Shown here one piece after another: positions 9,366-17,069 of a stretch of DNA of 64,000 bases. The DNA is taken from the IMG/VR virus record IMGVR_UViG_3300025769_000084. One strand, 5' to 3'. The notes below the pieces were generated by a model. That model did no database searches. It was not told the DNA's origin and worked only from the letters and a program-made list of their open reading frames with translations. The stretch comes from an uncultured virus (IMG/VR IMGVR_UViG_3300025769_000084). Lineage: Duplodnaviria; Heunggongvirae; Uroviricota; Caudoviricetes. The translations under genes and the position numbers were made by a program. Position 1 is the first letter of the stretch. Every line of letters starts with the position of its first letter.

Positions 9366-9503
9366 TCAGCTGCAGTCAATTGTCTTGCAAGCCATGATAC
9401 GTCCCTCCTTGACGTCCTGCATCACAGCCAGGACATATTTGTTTTTCTCACGCTGCTGCCGCTTTTTCTTGGCGGTTGCGTACTGAAGAAAAGCTAAGTT
9501 CAT
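9366..9503 (-). CDS. small basic protein (not in ORF track)
   Basis: 45 aa MNLAFLQYATAKKKRQQREKNKYVLAVMQDVKEGRIMACKTIDCS; stop abuts the next ATG. Confidence 0.5.
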   Translation of the reverse strand: MNLAFLQYATAKKKRQQREKNKYVLAVMQDVKEGRIMACKTIDCS

Positions 9504-9511
9504 GATAATAA

Positions 9512-9535
9512 GTAGCGGTTGTTACAACAATCATA
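9512..9535 (-). promoter_or_regulatory. putative NtcA box over the start site of a TATGAT promoter
   Basis: GTA-GCGGTTGT-TAC at 9512-9525; - strand TATGAT at 9535-9530; intergenic. Confidence 0.45.
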
Positions 9536-9581
9536 ACGTTGGGATGTGCGTAGGAGAATAGGTATAAGACTCAGACTTTCT

Positions 9582-9890
9582 ATGAAGTACAACATCTGGA
9601 ACGCTATTGCGTACGAGGTGACAGTGATGCTGATCAACTTCGATGCACGCTGGATGAACAACAAGATTGTGAACATGATCAGAGCTCACAGCTTTGTCGA
9701 CTGGTGCGAGTGGAAGACTGAGCAAACCATGGAAGATGTCGATGCCCAGATTGAAGCTCTGCACATGTTGTGGGACAGGGAAGACGACGACTGGCGTGAT
9801 GTGATTATCGAAGAAGACGAGGAAACGGGGGCAATCTTTGGATACACCTATGAAATCAAATCAGATTTTGATAAAACTGAGGATGACTAA
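9582..9890 (+). CDS. hypothetical protein
   Basis: start re-assigned to MKYNIW; acidic tail. Confidence 0.6.
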   Translation: MKYNIWNAIAYEVTVMLINFDARWMNNKIVNMIRAHSFVDWCEWKTEQTMEDVDAQIEALHMLWDREDDDWRDVIIEEDEETGAIFGYTYEIKSDFDKTEDD

Positions 9891-9905
9891 ATTAAACTAT
9901 GTGAG

Positions 9906-10184
9906 ATGAATCTTCACACGTACGCAATCAGAACAATGAAAGAGGACGGCTGCTTAGTGGAAAAACGCTTTCAAGCTATCGTTGAAACTCTTGAGACTGC
10001 GTATCGATGTCTTGAAGATTTAATGGATGATCCACTGTTCCTGGACACGATCCATGGTGAGCAGGAACTAGCACTAGATCAGGCGCTTGAGCTGATTGAC
10101 GGTATCAAATACAACTTTGAGCCAGAGTTCACACTTCCTCACGTCGCTGCAAACGACCGTTTCGGCAATGCCGATGTATCATGA
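9906..10184 (+). CDS. hypothetical protein
   Basis: 92-aa acidic helical ORF. Confidence 0.55.
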   Translation: MNLHTYAIRTMKEDGCLVEKRFQAIVETLETAYRCLEDLMDDPLFLDTIHGEQELALDQALELIDGIKYNFEPEFTLPHVAANDRFGNADVS

Positions 10185-10445
10185 GGGGGTAATCCGCACA
10201 AGTTCAATGGGTCTCTTTACTCCCAAAGACCAGTTGCGTGACATGCAGCAACATTACGCTGCACAGTCGCTGCTAGGTGGCACACGACGCCCTGATCAAC
10301 AGTCCATACTCCTCCAGAGCGTGGCCGCTAGTCTCCTCCTCGGATCACCTGTAACTGTCGTCGACAACGACCTGCTCGGGGATGATCTTCTCGGCGACGA
10401 TCTTACGTTCTAACTCTTAACCATTTTTCCGGTTACGAGTCCGCA

Positions 10446-10495
10446 GCCATTGTTACCGTTAGGAGTGCAAACTCCAGTGGTAGCAATGGTTTTTT
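10446..10495 (+). terminator. long-stem intrinsic terminator
   Basis: CCATTGTTACC/GGTAGCAATGG stem enclosing GGAGT-GCAA-ACTCC, followed by T6. Confidence 0.7.
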
Positions 10496-10805
10496 CAATG
10501 GAAACTCGGTTGCAGTGTGTAAGAGTATTCACCGCATAATTAGATACGCGAACGAGATATCTGCAATGAAAGCAGCAGGCGAAACGACGCATGGCGTCAC
10601 CTTGGCATGGGCCGTCCTAAGCCAAAACCAGACCACCGGCAAGTCCGAAGTCGTGAAGATCACAGGCCATGAAGAGGCCGATGCATACGTCCAAAACAAC
10701 CCCGATCTGTACTACAAGTCTGGCCCGTTCGTGGTCTGAGGCTTAAGACTGTCTTTCTGGTTGGGTCAACTTAGATTGCTAATTTACAGGTGCTGAAAAA
10801 ACCTG

Positions 10806-10994
10806 ATGAATTCACCTGCAATCTCGTCCTGGGTGGTGCTTTTGTACCATGTGGATCAGGACGCACACGCAGCTCATTTTCCCACCTTCCATAAGGCTGA
10901 AGACTTCGCTAATGATGTGAGGGTCGCCAGCAATCTTTGCGTTAGTGAACCGCTGCCTATCACTGCTACTAACGATCTTAGGCTAGCTATCTAG
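10806..10994 (+). CDS. hypothetical protein
   Basis: 62-aa ORF behind a GC-TAATTT box at 10778. Confidence 0.5.
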   Translation: MNSPAISSWVVLLYHVDQDAHAAHFPTFHKAEDFANDVRVASNLCVSEPLPITATNDLRLAI

Positions 10995-11053
10995 GAGCAA
11001 CTTTAATATTAATAAGAGCATGCTATCTTATGGGTAGCATGTTTTTTTATGCC

Positions 11054-11305
11054 GTGGCAGTAGTTCTTAGCGTATCTGTTCCAGAGGCTCTACACACTAA
11101 GTGGAAGGAGTCTGAAGTAAGCATCAGTCCCTCTGCACTGTTCCAAACTGCACTCGAAACTGAGCTGGATAAAACTAACCGGCACCTGGTCTACTGGAGC
11201 ACTCGTGCATTGAATGCCGAGAAGAAACTAAAGATGATTGAAAACTTAATCAAAGCAAAAGATAAGGACGTAAAGAAGTTCTTACTATTCGAAAGCGAAT
11301 CCTAA
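11054..11305 (+). CDS. ribbon-helix-helix (CcdA-like) protein
   Basis: VVLSVSVPEAL...ISPSALFQTALETEL; GTG start proposed. Confidence 0.5.
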   Translation: MAVVLSVSVPEALHTKWKESEVSISPSALFQTALETELDKTNRHLVYWSTRALNAEKKLKMIENLIKAKDKDVKKFLLFESES

Positions 11306-11333
11306 TAGAATAAATACAATCTGGGACGAACTG

Positions 11334-11531
11334 ATGCCTGATGTAGACAGCATTCAGCGTTATTTTCCGCTGATCAAAAGCAACGCTGAGAAGTTATTTA
11401 TCGCTTCCACGCTTGATGCTCTTCGCGATAAAGGATATGTACCATCGGACATGACGCAAGCTGCTTTTATCAAGCTGTGCTTCTCCAGGGGGTTCAATGA
11501 TTATCTGAAGGAGCTTGCATTTGATGACTGA
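11334..11531 (+). CDS. hypothetical protein
   Basis: 65-aa ORF with TAGAAT at 11306. Confidence 0.55.
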   Translation: MPDVDSIQRYFPLIKSNAEKLFIASTLDALRDKGYVPSDMTQAAFIKLCFSRGFNDYLKELAFDD

Positions 11532-11680
11532 ACTGCGGACAGTCTTTACTAAAGACGAACTCGAAGCTATCTATGAAATAGTTGAGATGCGAAAGCTTTC
11601 TCTTGCATTCAACAACTGCTATGGAAAAGATTATGACATGCTTGGTTCTATTATGAAGAAGATAGAAGTCTCAACTAGAA

Positions 11681-12118
11681 ATGATGATGCATGAAAATCC
11701 TAAGGTAACAATCTTACTGGGTAAAACAGTGGGTGCTGTTGGCGAGTCTTGTCCGACTGCGACCACTGACATCAAAGAGAACATCAAGAATCGAGACTGG
11801 ACTATCAAAAACTTTGGCTATGGTCCGCTCAACCCCGATGCGCCAGACCCTGGATTCTGGGAGGAAAAGGCTGAGCTTTGGAAGAGTGATGTTGACACAG
11901 TAAAGACTGCACGCTGTGGCAACTGTGCTGCCTTCGATCAAACAAAGAAGATCGTTGACTGCATGATCGAAGGGATCAACGAAACAAAAGCTGCTGATCC
12001 CTACGACGTCCAAGACTTAGCCAATCTCGGCTACTGCCAACTGTTCAAATTTAAATGTGCAGCAGCACGTACATGCGATGCATGGCTGCACGGTGGTCCG
12101 ATCGTCGACTGCGATTAA
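11681..12118 (+). CDS. Cys-rich protein with HiPIP-like cysteine spacing
   Basis: CGNCAAF...GYCQLF...TCDAW. Confidence 0.6.
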   Translation: MMMHENPKVTILLGKTVGAVGESCPTATTDIKENIKNRDWTIKNFGYGPLNPDAPDPGFWEEKAELWKSDVDTVKTARCGNCAAFDQTKKIVDCMIEGINETKAADPYDVQDLANLGYCQLFKFKCAAARTCDAWLHGGPIVDCD

Positions 12119-12432
12119 TCTCGTTGGCGCCAGTCAGCTGGCTTGTCGTCATGAAACCATTCCACGATCTGGTCGACACTGTCGAATCCAGACTTGTGTT
12201 GCTGTGGATCAGGGTCGCCAAGATCCATTTGGTTGAGGAAGTCATCGAGAGATCCTTCTTTCATCTCAGGATTGTTGGCGACACGACGAGCTCTACGGAG
12301 CATCTCTCCTGCTGATCGATTTGCTTTAGCTAATTTGTCCGCCCAAATCATATCTTCAAGCTGAACTTCTTGACGGTCTGATATTCGCTTGCAAATGTAT
12401 TCCAAACGCAAGCGATATTTTGAAGACAGCAT
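12115..12432 (-). CDS. cyanophage-type hypothetical protein
   Basis: MLSSKYRLRLEYIC...EDMIWA.KL...DWRQRD. Confidence 0.7.
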   Translation of the reverse strand: MLSSKYRLRLEYICKRISDRQEVQLEDMIWADKLAKANRSAGEMLRRARRVANNPEMKEGSLDDFLNQMDLGDPDPQQHKSGFDSVDQIVEWFHDDKPADWRQRD

Positions 12433-12470
12433 ACTGATATCTACACCTAATTTACTTTAGCCCTGTTTAA

Positions 12471-13130
12471 CTAACTTTCATTTTTTATAAAGCCCTCTTC
12501 TTCCAACCATTCTCGGGTAAGAGGGGTGGGTGAATAGTGCTCCCACATCTTCCCAGGTCCTGCACAAACCTCAAGCGCATCTAGAGTTTTATGTTCCACA
12601 TACATTGCCCACATTGCTTCGGCTTCAAAGGGCAGCACATTCTCTGGATATGTTCTCTCAGCACCGCGACGAACCCAGTCGGGAACATCTTCTTCTGGTT
12701 GGATAAGAGCTGTAAAAGTATTGTCCAAAGTTCCTGCCATGCAATCTTGAGCTGTATGCCAGGCCTCATGACGGATGACCTGGATCATCTTGGTCGGTTG
12801 GTCGATGTAAAACTTGTTTAGAAAGATATTGTTCTTCCGCACGTCGTACAGACCACGCATCCGGAAGGCGAAGTACTTCTCGTCAGCGAGAAAAAGACCC
12901 GCACCCAGCTTGTTCAATGCGGCGATGATCCCCGTCAACTCGGAAGCCGCGACAATGTATTCCGGTCCCAAGTCCTCCCAGGTTTGTACTGCTGTGACAT
13001 CCTCGGTGCATTCACGAAGCATCATGCAACCGACAGAGTCAAAGCTGCGCCAACTCTTGACTTTATCTTCAGCGAGTACAGGAGATGTAAAAGCAGCAGC
13101 TGCTAACAAAGAAGCAAGAAACTTTTTCAT
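12471..13130 (-). CDS. exported zincin-like metallopeptidase
   Basis: signal peptide MKKFLASLLAAAAFTSPVLA; HEAWH (HExxH) and downstream EAEA. Confidence 0.75.
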   Translation of the reverse strand: MKKFLASLLAAAAFTSPVLAEDKVKSWRSFDSVGCMMLRECTEDVTAVQTWEDLGPEYIVAASELTGIIAALNKLGAGLFLADEKYFAFRMRGLYDVRKNNIFLNKFYIDQPTKMIQVIRHEAWHTAQDCMAGTLDNTFTALIQPEEDVPDWVRRGAERTYPENVLPFEAEAMWAMYVEHKTLDALEVCAGPGKMWEHYSPTPLTREWLEEEGFIKNES

Positions 13131-13167
13131 GCAGATGATTTGAAAAAGATGTCTTACTTTAAACGTG

Positions 13168-13386
13168 TTAACTTTGGCCCATCTTCCTTTTTTCAGCCTT
13201 GCTGACGGCCTTGCGTGCTTTCTTTGCACGCTCTGTATTCTCTACAAACTGTTTACCCTTACGGCTCTCACGCTTCTTCTTGTCGTCTGTCTTCTTACGC
13301 TCTGCCTTTGACATGGCAGCCCATGCCTTCTCAGGGAGGTAGCGCTCTGTCGATTTCTTACCAGGTTCGATTGCTTTATCAGCCAT
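13168..13386 (-). CDS. basic protein matching the C-terminal half of a DUF5872-like family
   Basis: TERYLPEKAW..MS...TD.KK...GKQFV.NT. Confidence 0.7.
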   Translation of the reverse strand: MADKAIEPGKKSTERYLPEKAWAAMSKAERKKTDDKKKRESRKGKQFVENTERAKKARKAVSKAEKRKMGQS

Positions 13387-13400
13387 AAAAATATTCTAAG

Positions 13401-13607
13401 CTAAACATATTGTTCGTAACAGTGGTCTGGAGTCCTGGCCCTATACAGGCGCAAAACATACCAACGCACTGAAGCGTTCTCTTTCTTTTGATAAAAAGGA
13501 TCTTGATTCAGACGCTCTACAGCTGCCCAATAATGATCACAATCCATACTCCAAGTCGAAGCTGTGCCTAGTTGTAAAGCTAAGAAAACAACTAGGAAAA
13601 ACTTCAT
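13401..13607 (-). CDS. small exported protein
   Basis: signal peptide and two Cys. Confidence 0.6.
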   Translation of the reverse strand: MKFFLVVFLALQLGTASTWSMDCDHYWAAVERLNQDPFYQKKENASVRWYVLRLYRARTPDHCYEQYV

Positions 13608-13948
13608 GCAGCCGCGACAGAAAGAGTAACTAATGCAGCGGTGCCGCCAGACTCAGACACGAAGCGAGGACGCACGAACTTAACGGGGCGACCTGAGACA
13701 CTGAAAACAGAGTGACCATTTGCCGTGATGGTTTGGGCTCCAATGATCTGAGCGAAGTTGGTGCCATCAATGCTCCCGTCTAGCTGAACAACAACATTGG
13801 TGTTGATGTTAGTGACAGTAGCAATTAAAGTGTAATCTTTTGTGCTGAGTAAATTATTCTCAGCCACCTGAGTAAGAGTGCCAAGTTGTGGCGAATCTAG
13901 CTCAGTGTCTGTGCTGAAAACAGTGTCTCTGAAAATGTAACTTGCCAT
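13604..13948 (-). CDS. beta-rich, possibly virion-associated protein
   Basis: VQLDGSIDGTNF...FVRPRF beta-sandwich pattern; GAGG RBS. Confidence 0.6.
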   Translation of the reverse strand: MASYIFRDTVFSTDTELDSPQLGTLTQVAENNLLSTKDYTLIATVTNINTNVVVQLDGSIDGTNFAQIIGAQTITANGHSVFSVSGRPVKFVRPRFVSESGGTAALVTLSVAAA

Positions 13949-13980
13949 CGTAATCCTCGGATAAATCTATTCTAAATTAC

Positions 13981-14115
13981 TTAGCTGTCGCTATCTTTAG
14001 CCTTCTTCAAAGTCTCAAGGATCACACCAAGCTTCTTTGCCTGGTTAGCATGCGTTCTCGATGCTTTCTCAAGCTCACCAATGATCGCGTCAATTTTTGA
14101 GTGTACTTTAGTCAT
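13981..14115 (-). CDS. small protein (not in ORF track)
   Basis: 44 aa MTKVHSKIDAIIGELEKASRTHANQAKKL...; overlaps the upstream stop. Confidence 0.5.
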   Translation of the reverse strand: MTKVHSKIDAIIGELEKASRTHANQAKKLGVILETLKKAKDSDS

Positions 14116-14359
14116 CCTTCTTCTTCTCGTACTCCTTTCGAGTCATCCACTTCTCCTTACCCCAGCGTTTGAGATCTTTCTGTTTTTTACTCTTGCCACC
14201 TTTGTAGCCTCCGCCTTTCTCCTTGTAGGCTTTGGCTAACATCTGGGCTTTACGAGCAGACCATTGACCGGGTTTACCGCCTTTAGAACCAGCCATAATG
14301 CGGTCCTTGATGCGCTCACGCATCTCAGGCTTGGTGTAGCGAGAATCATCTTGTGCCAT
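14108..14359 (-). CDS. basic protein matching the N-terminal half of a DUF5872-like family
   Basis: YTKPEMRERIK...GGKPGQWSARKAQ...GGGY...W..EKW. Confidence 0.75.
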   Translation of the reverse strand: MAQDDSRYTKPEMRERIKDRIMAGSKGGKPGQWSARKAQMLAKAYKEKGGGYKGGKSKKQKDLKRWGKEKWMTRKEYEKKKDD

Positions 14360-14385
14360 CTCACTATCATAAATTAAAGACACAT

Positions 14386-14413
14386 AAAAAAGCCCGGGCT
14401 ATCAACCCAGGCT
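14386..14413 (-). terminator. intrinsic terminator
   Basis: AGCCTGGG-TTGATAG-CCCGGGCT then a T-tract on the - strand. Confidence 0.75.
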
Positions 14414-14431
14414 CATTAGTTTCTGTGTGAG

Positions 14432-14791
14432 TCAGAAGGAATACTTGATTCCCCCTTTGGCACCATAGCCATTCTCTTTGGCAGTGACCAGGGACAATTC
14501 ACCGTAAACGCTGACAGATTCGGAGACGGCGACAGCACCACCGGCTTTACCAGAGAACTCGAGATCGCTGGAGCTGGCTGCATCCACAGCAGAATAAGCA
14601 GGGCCACCTTGGATGTAATAGGAAGCGGCACCGTTTTCACCTTCCCAACCGATGTGCAGCTCATGGAGAGCTGAAGTGTAATCAGAACCGGTGTAGGAAA
14701 GGTTGGTTTCCCAATTCAGGTAGGGACCTGCGAAAGCAGCGGGGGTAGATGCGGCAAGGGCTGCAGCTGCTGCAAGTAATTTCTTAAACAC
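14432..14791 (-). CDS. small outer-membrane beta-barrel protein
   Basis: signal peptide ending AFA, alternating beta strands, C-terminal GIKYSF beta-signal. Confidence 0.75.
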   Translation of the reverse strand: MFKKLLAAAAALAASTPAAFAGPYLNWETNLSYTGSDYTSALHELHIGWEGENGAASYYIQGGPAYSAVDAASSSDLEFSGKAGGAVAVSESVSVYGELSLVTAKENGYGAKGGIKYSF

Positions 14792-14935
14792 AGTCTAAAA
14801 AAATAGTAAGACATTCAAAAATGTAGCCACACCTAATCAAAATACACGTGTAGACGGTCAAAAAACTGACATTTTTATGAGCAAATGTACTCAGTTTTCA
14901 GTGGCGCTAGAGTTTTTAGAAGGAGGAACACAAAA

Positions 14936-15157
14936 ATGAACCGATTTATTCCACCTTTTATTGCTTCTTTCCTTACTCTCGGAATGGTTTCACACGCAAA
15001 ACCTGTGTCAGCACGCTTCGTCTGCGATGCCAAGGATGAACTGATGGCGACTGTGTACAACGATCCGTACTTCTCAGAGCCGCGCAATCACAAACGTAGA
15101 GACCAGCTAATCATGAGGATCTTACGCGCAGAGAACGTATGCCCTAAAAAAGATTAG
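14936..15157 (+). CDS. small exported protein
   Basis: AGGAGG RBS, signal peptide, two Cys. Confidence 0.6.
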   Translation: MNRFIPPFIASFLTLGMVSHAKPVSARFVCDAKDELMATVYNDPYFSEPRNHKRRDQLIMRILRAENVCPKKD

Positions 15158-15187
15158 CTGGCCTTATATTAAACAAAGCGATAAGGA

Positions 15188-15352
15188 TCAAAATGGCGAA
15201 GGAATTTGACCACCAGTCTGATACGGACGATAAGCAAGAGTCCTGTACTTTAAAGTCAGCTGGGGACGATGCCGATTGTTCCAATCAAGGCGAGCAATCT
15301 CAGCCTGATCCTCTTTGTAATACTGGTTGCCCCTGTAAGTTAACTGAGTCAT
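15188..15352 (-). CDS. DUF4278-like small protein (IF17 N-terminus-like)
   Basis: MTQLTYRGNQY...LKYRTLAY duplicated LxYR motif; AAGGAG RBS. Confidence 0.7.
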   Translation of the reverse strand: MTQLTYRGNQYYKEDQAEIARLDWNNRHRPQLTLKYRTLAYRPYQTGGQIPSPF

Positions 15353-15375
15353 GAGTGCTCCTTTGAACTGACTCA

Positions 15376-15403
15376 ATCATACGAATTTTGTAGCAATTAA
15401 TAC
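15376..15403 (-). promoter_or_regulatory. TATGAT promoter with putative NtcA box in repressor position
   Basis: GTA-GCAATTAA-TAC at 15390-15403; - strand TATGAT at 15381-15376. Confidence 0.55.
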
Positions 15404-15569
15404 GGTTTATGTAGTAACACTTAATGTTAATACATAATAAAGATTTGGGGCGCAACCTCACCGATAGCGGTGCCGGCAAGGTTGGTCGGTTTCCAGGTGC
15501 GAGAAACAGCAAAAATCACACCTCCCCAGGGCCTGACGCTGTTCTTCTTCGGCCCCAGATGTATAATAG

Positions 15570-15827
15570 ATGTATCAACTTTGTTCTGCATGGACCGTGT
15601 TATCAAAGACACAGCCGAAAATTATAGGCACGGTCTGCAGTGATTCCGGTACGCTCTCTATTGTTGATCCGTGTCTTGTCAAAAGTAACAGACCCGGTAA
15701 GGTCAAATTTCCAAAATGCAATCTCTACTCTTCGTTCGACACTGAAGTCGGTGACGGGGAGTTCCCAGTCTACGAAATAAGGGATAGCGACGGTAAACTG
15801 AGGTGCATAGTTATAGGCATTGAATGA
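15570..15827 (+). CDS. hypothetical protein
   Basis: DSG.L.I.DPC...GDGEFPVY motif; start uncertain. Confidence 0.55.
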   Translation: MYQLCSAWTVLSKTQPKIIGTVCSDSGTLSIVDPCLVKSNRPGKVKFPKCNLYSSFDTEVGDGEFPVYEIRDSDGKLRCIVIGIE

Positions 15828-16081
15828 AATACGTTGATCCAGTCAAGAACCCGAACTTATGGCTGGAGATGACAATCCTCAAAATGATTGAGGACCAAAA
15901 GCCCGAAAACAATGAGGCGCTTAAAGCAGCAATCAAGGCTATTGTTCACTGGCTTGAGCCTGGTCTAATAGATCAGTTATTCGGTGACTGGATCCAGGTT
16001 TACCTAAACCAGCTTGACGAACTAGAAAGCAGTCGAAATATCGCTGATCCGCCGTGTTCTCTAGAACCTTCTGAGGAGTGA
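15824..16081 (+). CDS. hypothetical protein
   Basis: 85-aa ORF with ATGA overlap. Confidence 0.55.
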   Translation: MKYVDPVKNPNLWLEMTILKMIEDQKPENNEALKAAIKAIVHWLEPGLIDQLFGDWIQVYLNQLDELESSRNIADPPCSLEPSEE

Positions 16082-16544
16082 TCGGCATTATTTTGAAGTG
16101 ATCTCGGATCTTGTCATCCGGATAAGGAGGTCTGTGCCAGAAGAACTCCTTCGCATCTTCGTTAACCGTCCATTCTGGATGGTATCTTCGCCACCAGCTG
16201 AACGCACTGAATTGTTTAGCTGGATTACCAGAAGTGCTATCAATAACAAGAACATCGCCAGGGGCAAGAGTCCAACGGAGGCGAAGTACTTCCATAAAAC
16301 CTCGTCGGATCGCTTTGATGCCGACCTTTCCATTGAACCTACCGTCTAAGGATCTTCTTCTTTTATTATTGCGTTTCCAGTACCAATCGTTTAGTTGCCG
16401 TCGCGACTTTCCGACAGCAAAACCAGTGTTCCATAACCAATAACCTGGTCGATATTCGCAGACAGGTTGAATAAATATCTTACAAAGATGGTCACCGACG
16501 GCAAATGTAGTGCTTGTAAACTTGCGGCGTGTTCTATATGACAT
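15939..16544 (-). CDS. Trp-rich hypothetical protein
   Basis: ~200-aa ORF, start re-assigned to MSYRTRR. Confidence 0.6.
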   Translation of the reverse strand: MSYRTRRKFTSTTFAVGDHLCKIFIQPVCEYRPGYWLWNTGFAVGKSRRQLNDWYWKRNNKRRRSLDGRFNGKVGIKAIRRGFMEVLRLRWTLAPGDVLVIDSTSGNPAKQFSAFSWWRRYHPEWTVNEDAKEFFWHRPPYPDDKIRDHFKIMPITPQKVLENTADQRYFDCFLVRQAGLGKPGSSHRITDLLDQAQASEQ

Positions 16545-16563
16545 CGTGGAAGAATTACTAGCG

Positions 16564-16827
16564 ATGATCCAAAGAGACCCAGAACTCTGGGAGCTCATGG
16601 AGCAGCTCAAGCATCAAGACGAAGAGCCGTCTGATTTTATTTTAAACGTTGCGGGGATGCTCGCAATCGAGTTTGAAGATCTTCACCGCACAGATCTGAA
16701 CGACAAGCTGGATGCATTGTTCGGTGGGCTCCCTGCCAAAGCCTTTGAGATGGTGCCGCTGTTTCTGCACATTGCCCTCGACATCTTCATGATGCGAGCG
16801 ATCCCAGCAGATCATCAAGGGAGATGA
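16564..16827 (+). CDS. hypothetical protein
   Basis: helical ORF from MIQRDPELWE. Confidence 0.6.
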   Translation: MIQRDPELWELMEQLKHQDEEPSDFILNVAGMLAIEFEDLHRTDLNDKLDALFGGLPAKAFEMVPLFLHIALDIFMMRAIPADHQGR

Positions 16828-16830
16828 TCC

Positions 16831-17064
16831 GTGAAATCAGGATTTGTATTCTGCGACTTCGATAATCGAAACGTGCTTTGCTATACCGAAGATCGGTCCA
16901 CGGTGCAACTACTGCCCGTAGAGTCGGCCAAGAATCTTAACAAGGCTATCTGTCTCGGTGATCGAACGGAGATGAAAAACATTCAAGAACGCTTAAAGGC
17001 TAGTGACATCATCGATGGCCTCTATATCGTGAACATCGGGACCCTTTACAAGCGTTACTTCTGA
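16831..17064 (+). CDS. hypothetical protein
   Basis: 77-aa ORF directly upstream of polA. Confidence 0.6.
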   Translation: MKSGFVFCDFDNRNVLCYTEDRSTVQLLPVESAKNLNKAICLGDRTEMKNIQERLKASDIIDGLYIVNIGTLYKRYF

Positions 17065-17069
17065 ATCCA

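Noticed and set aside
14820..14900. Additional NtcA box between the barrel gene and its divergent neighbour
   Set aside because: Only an imperfect match (GTA-N8-TAA)
15352..15420. Glutamine (downstream-peptide) riboswitch before the DUF4278-like gene
   Set aside because: The predicted leader is under 20 nt and no aptamer-like stems are visible
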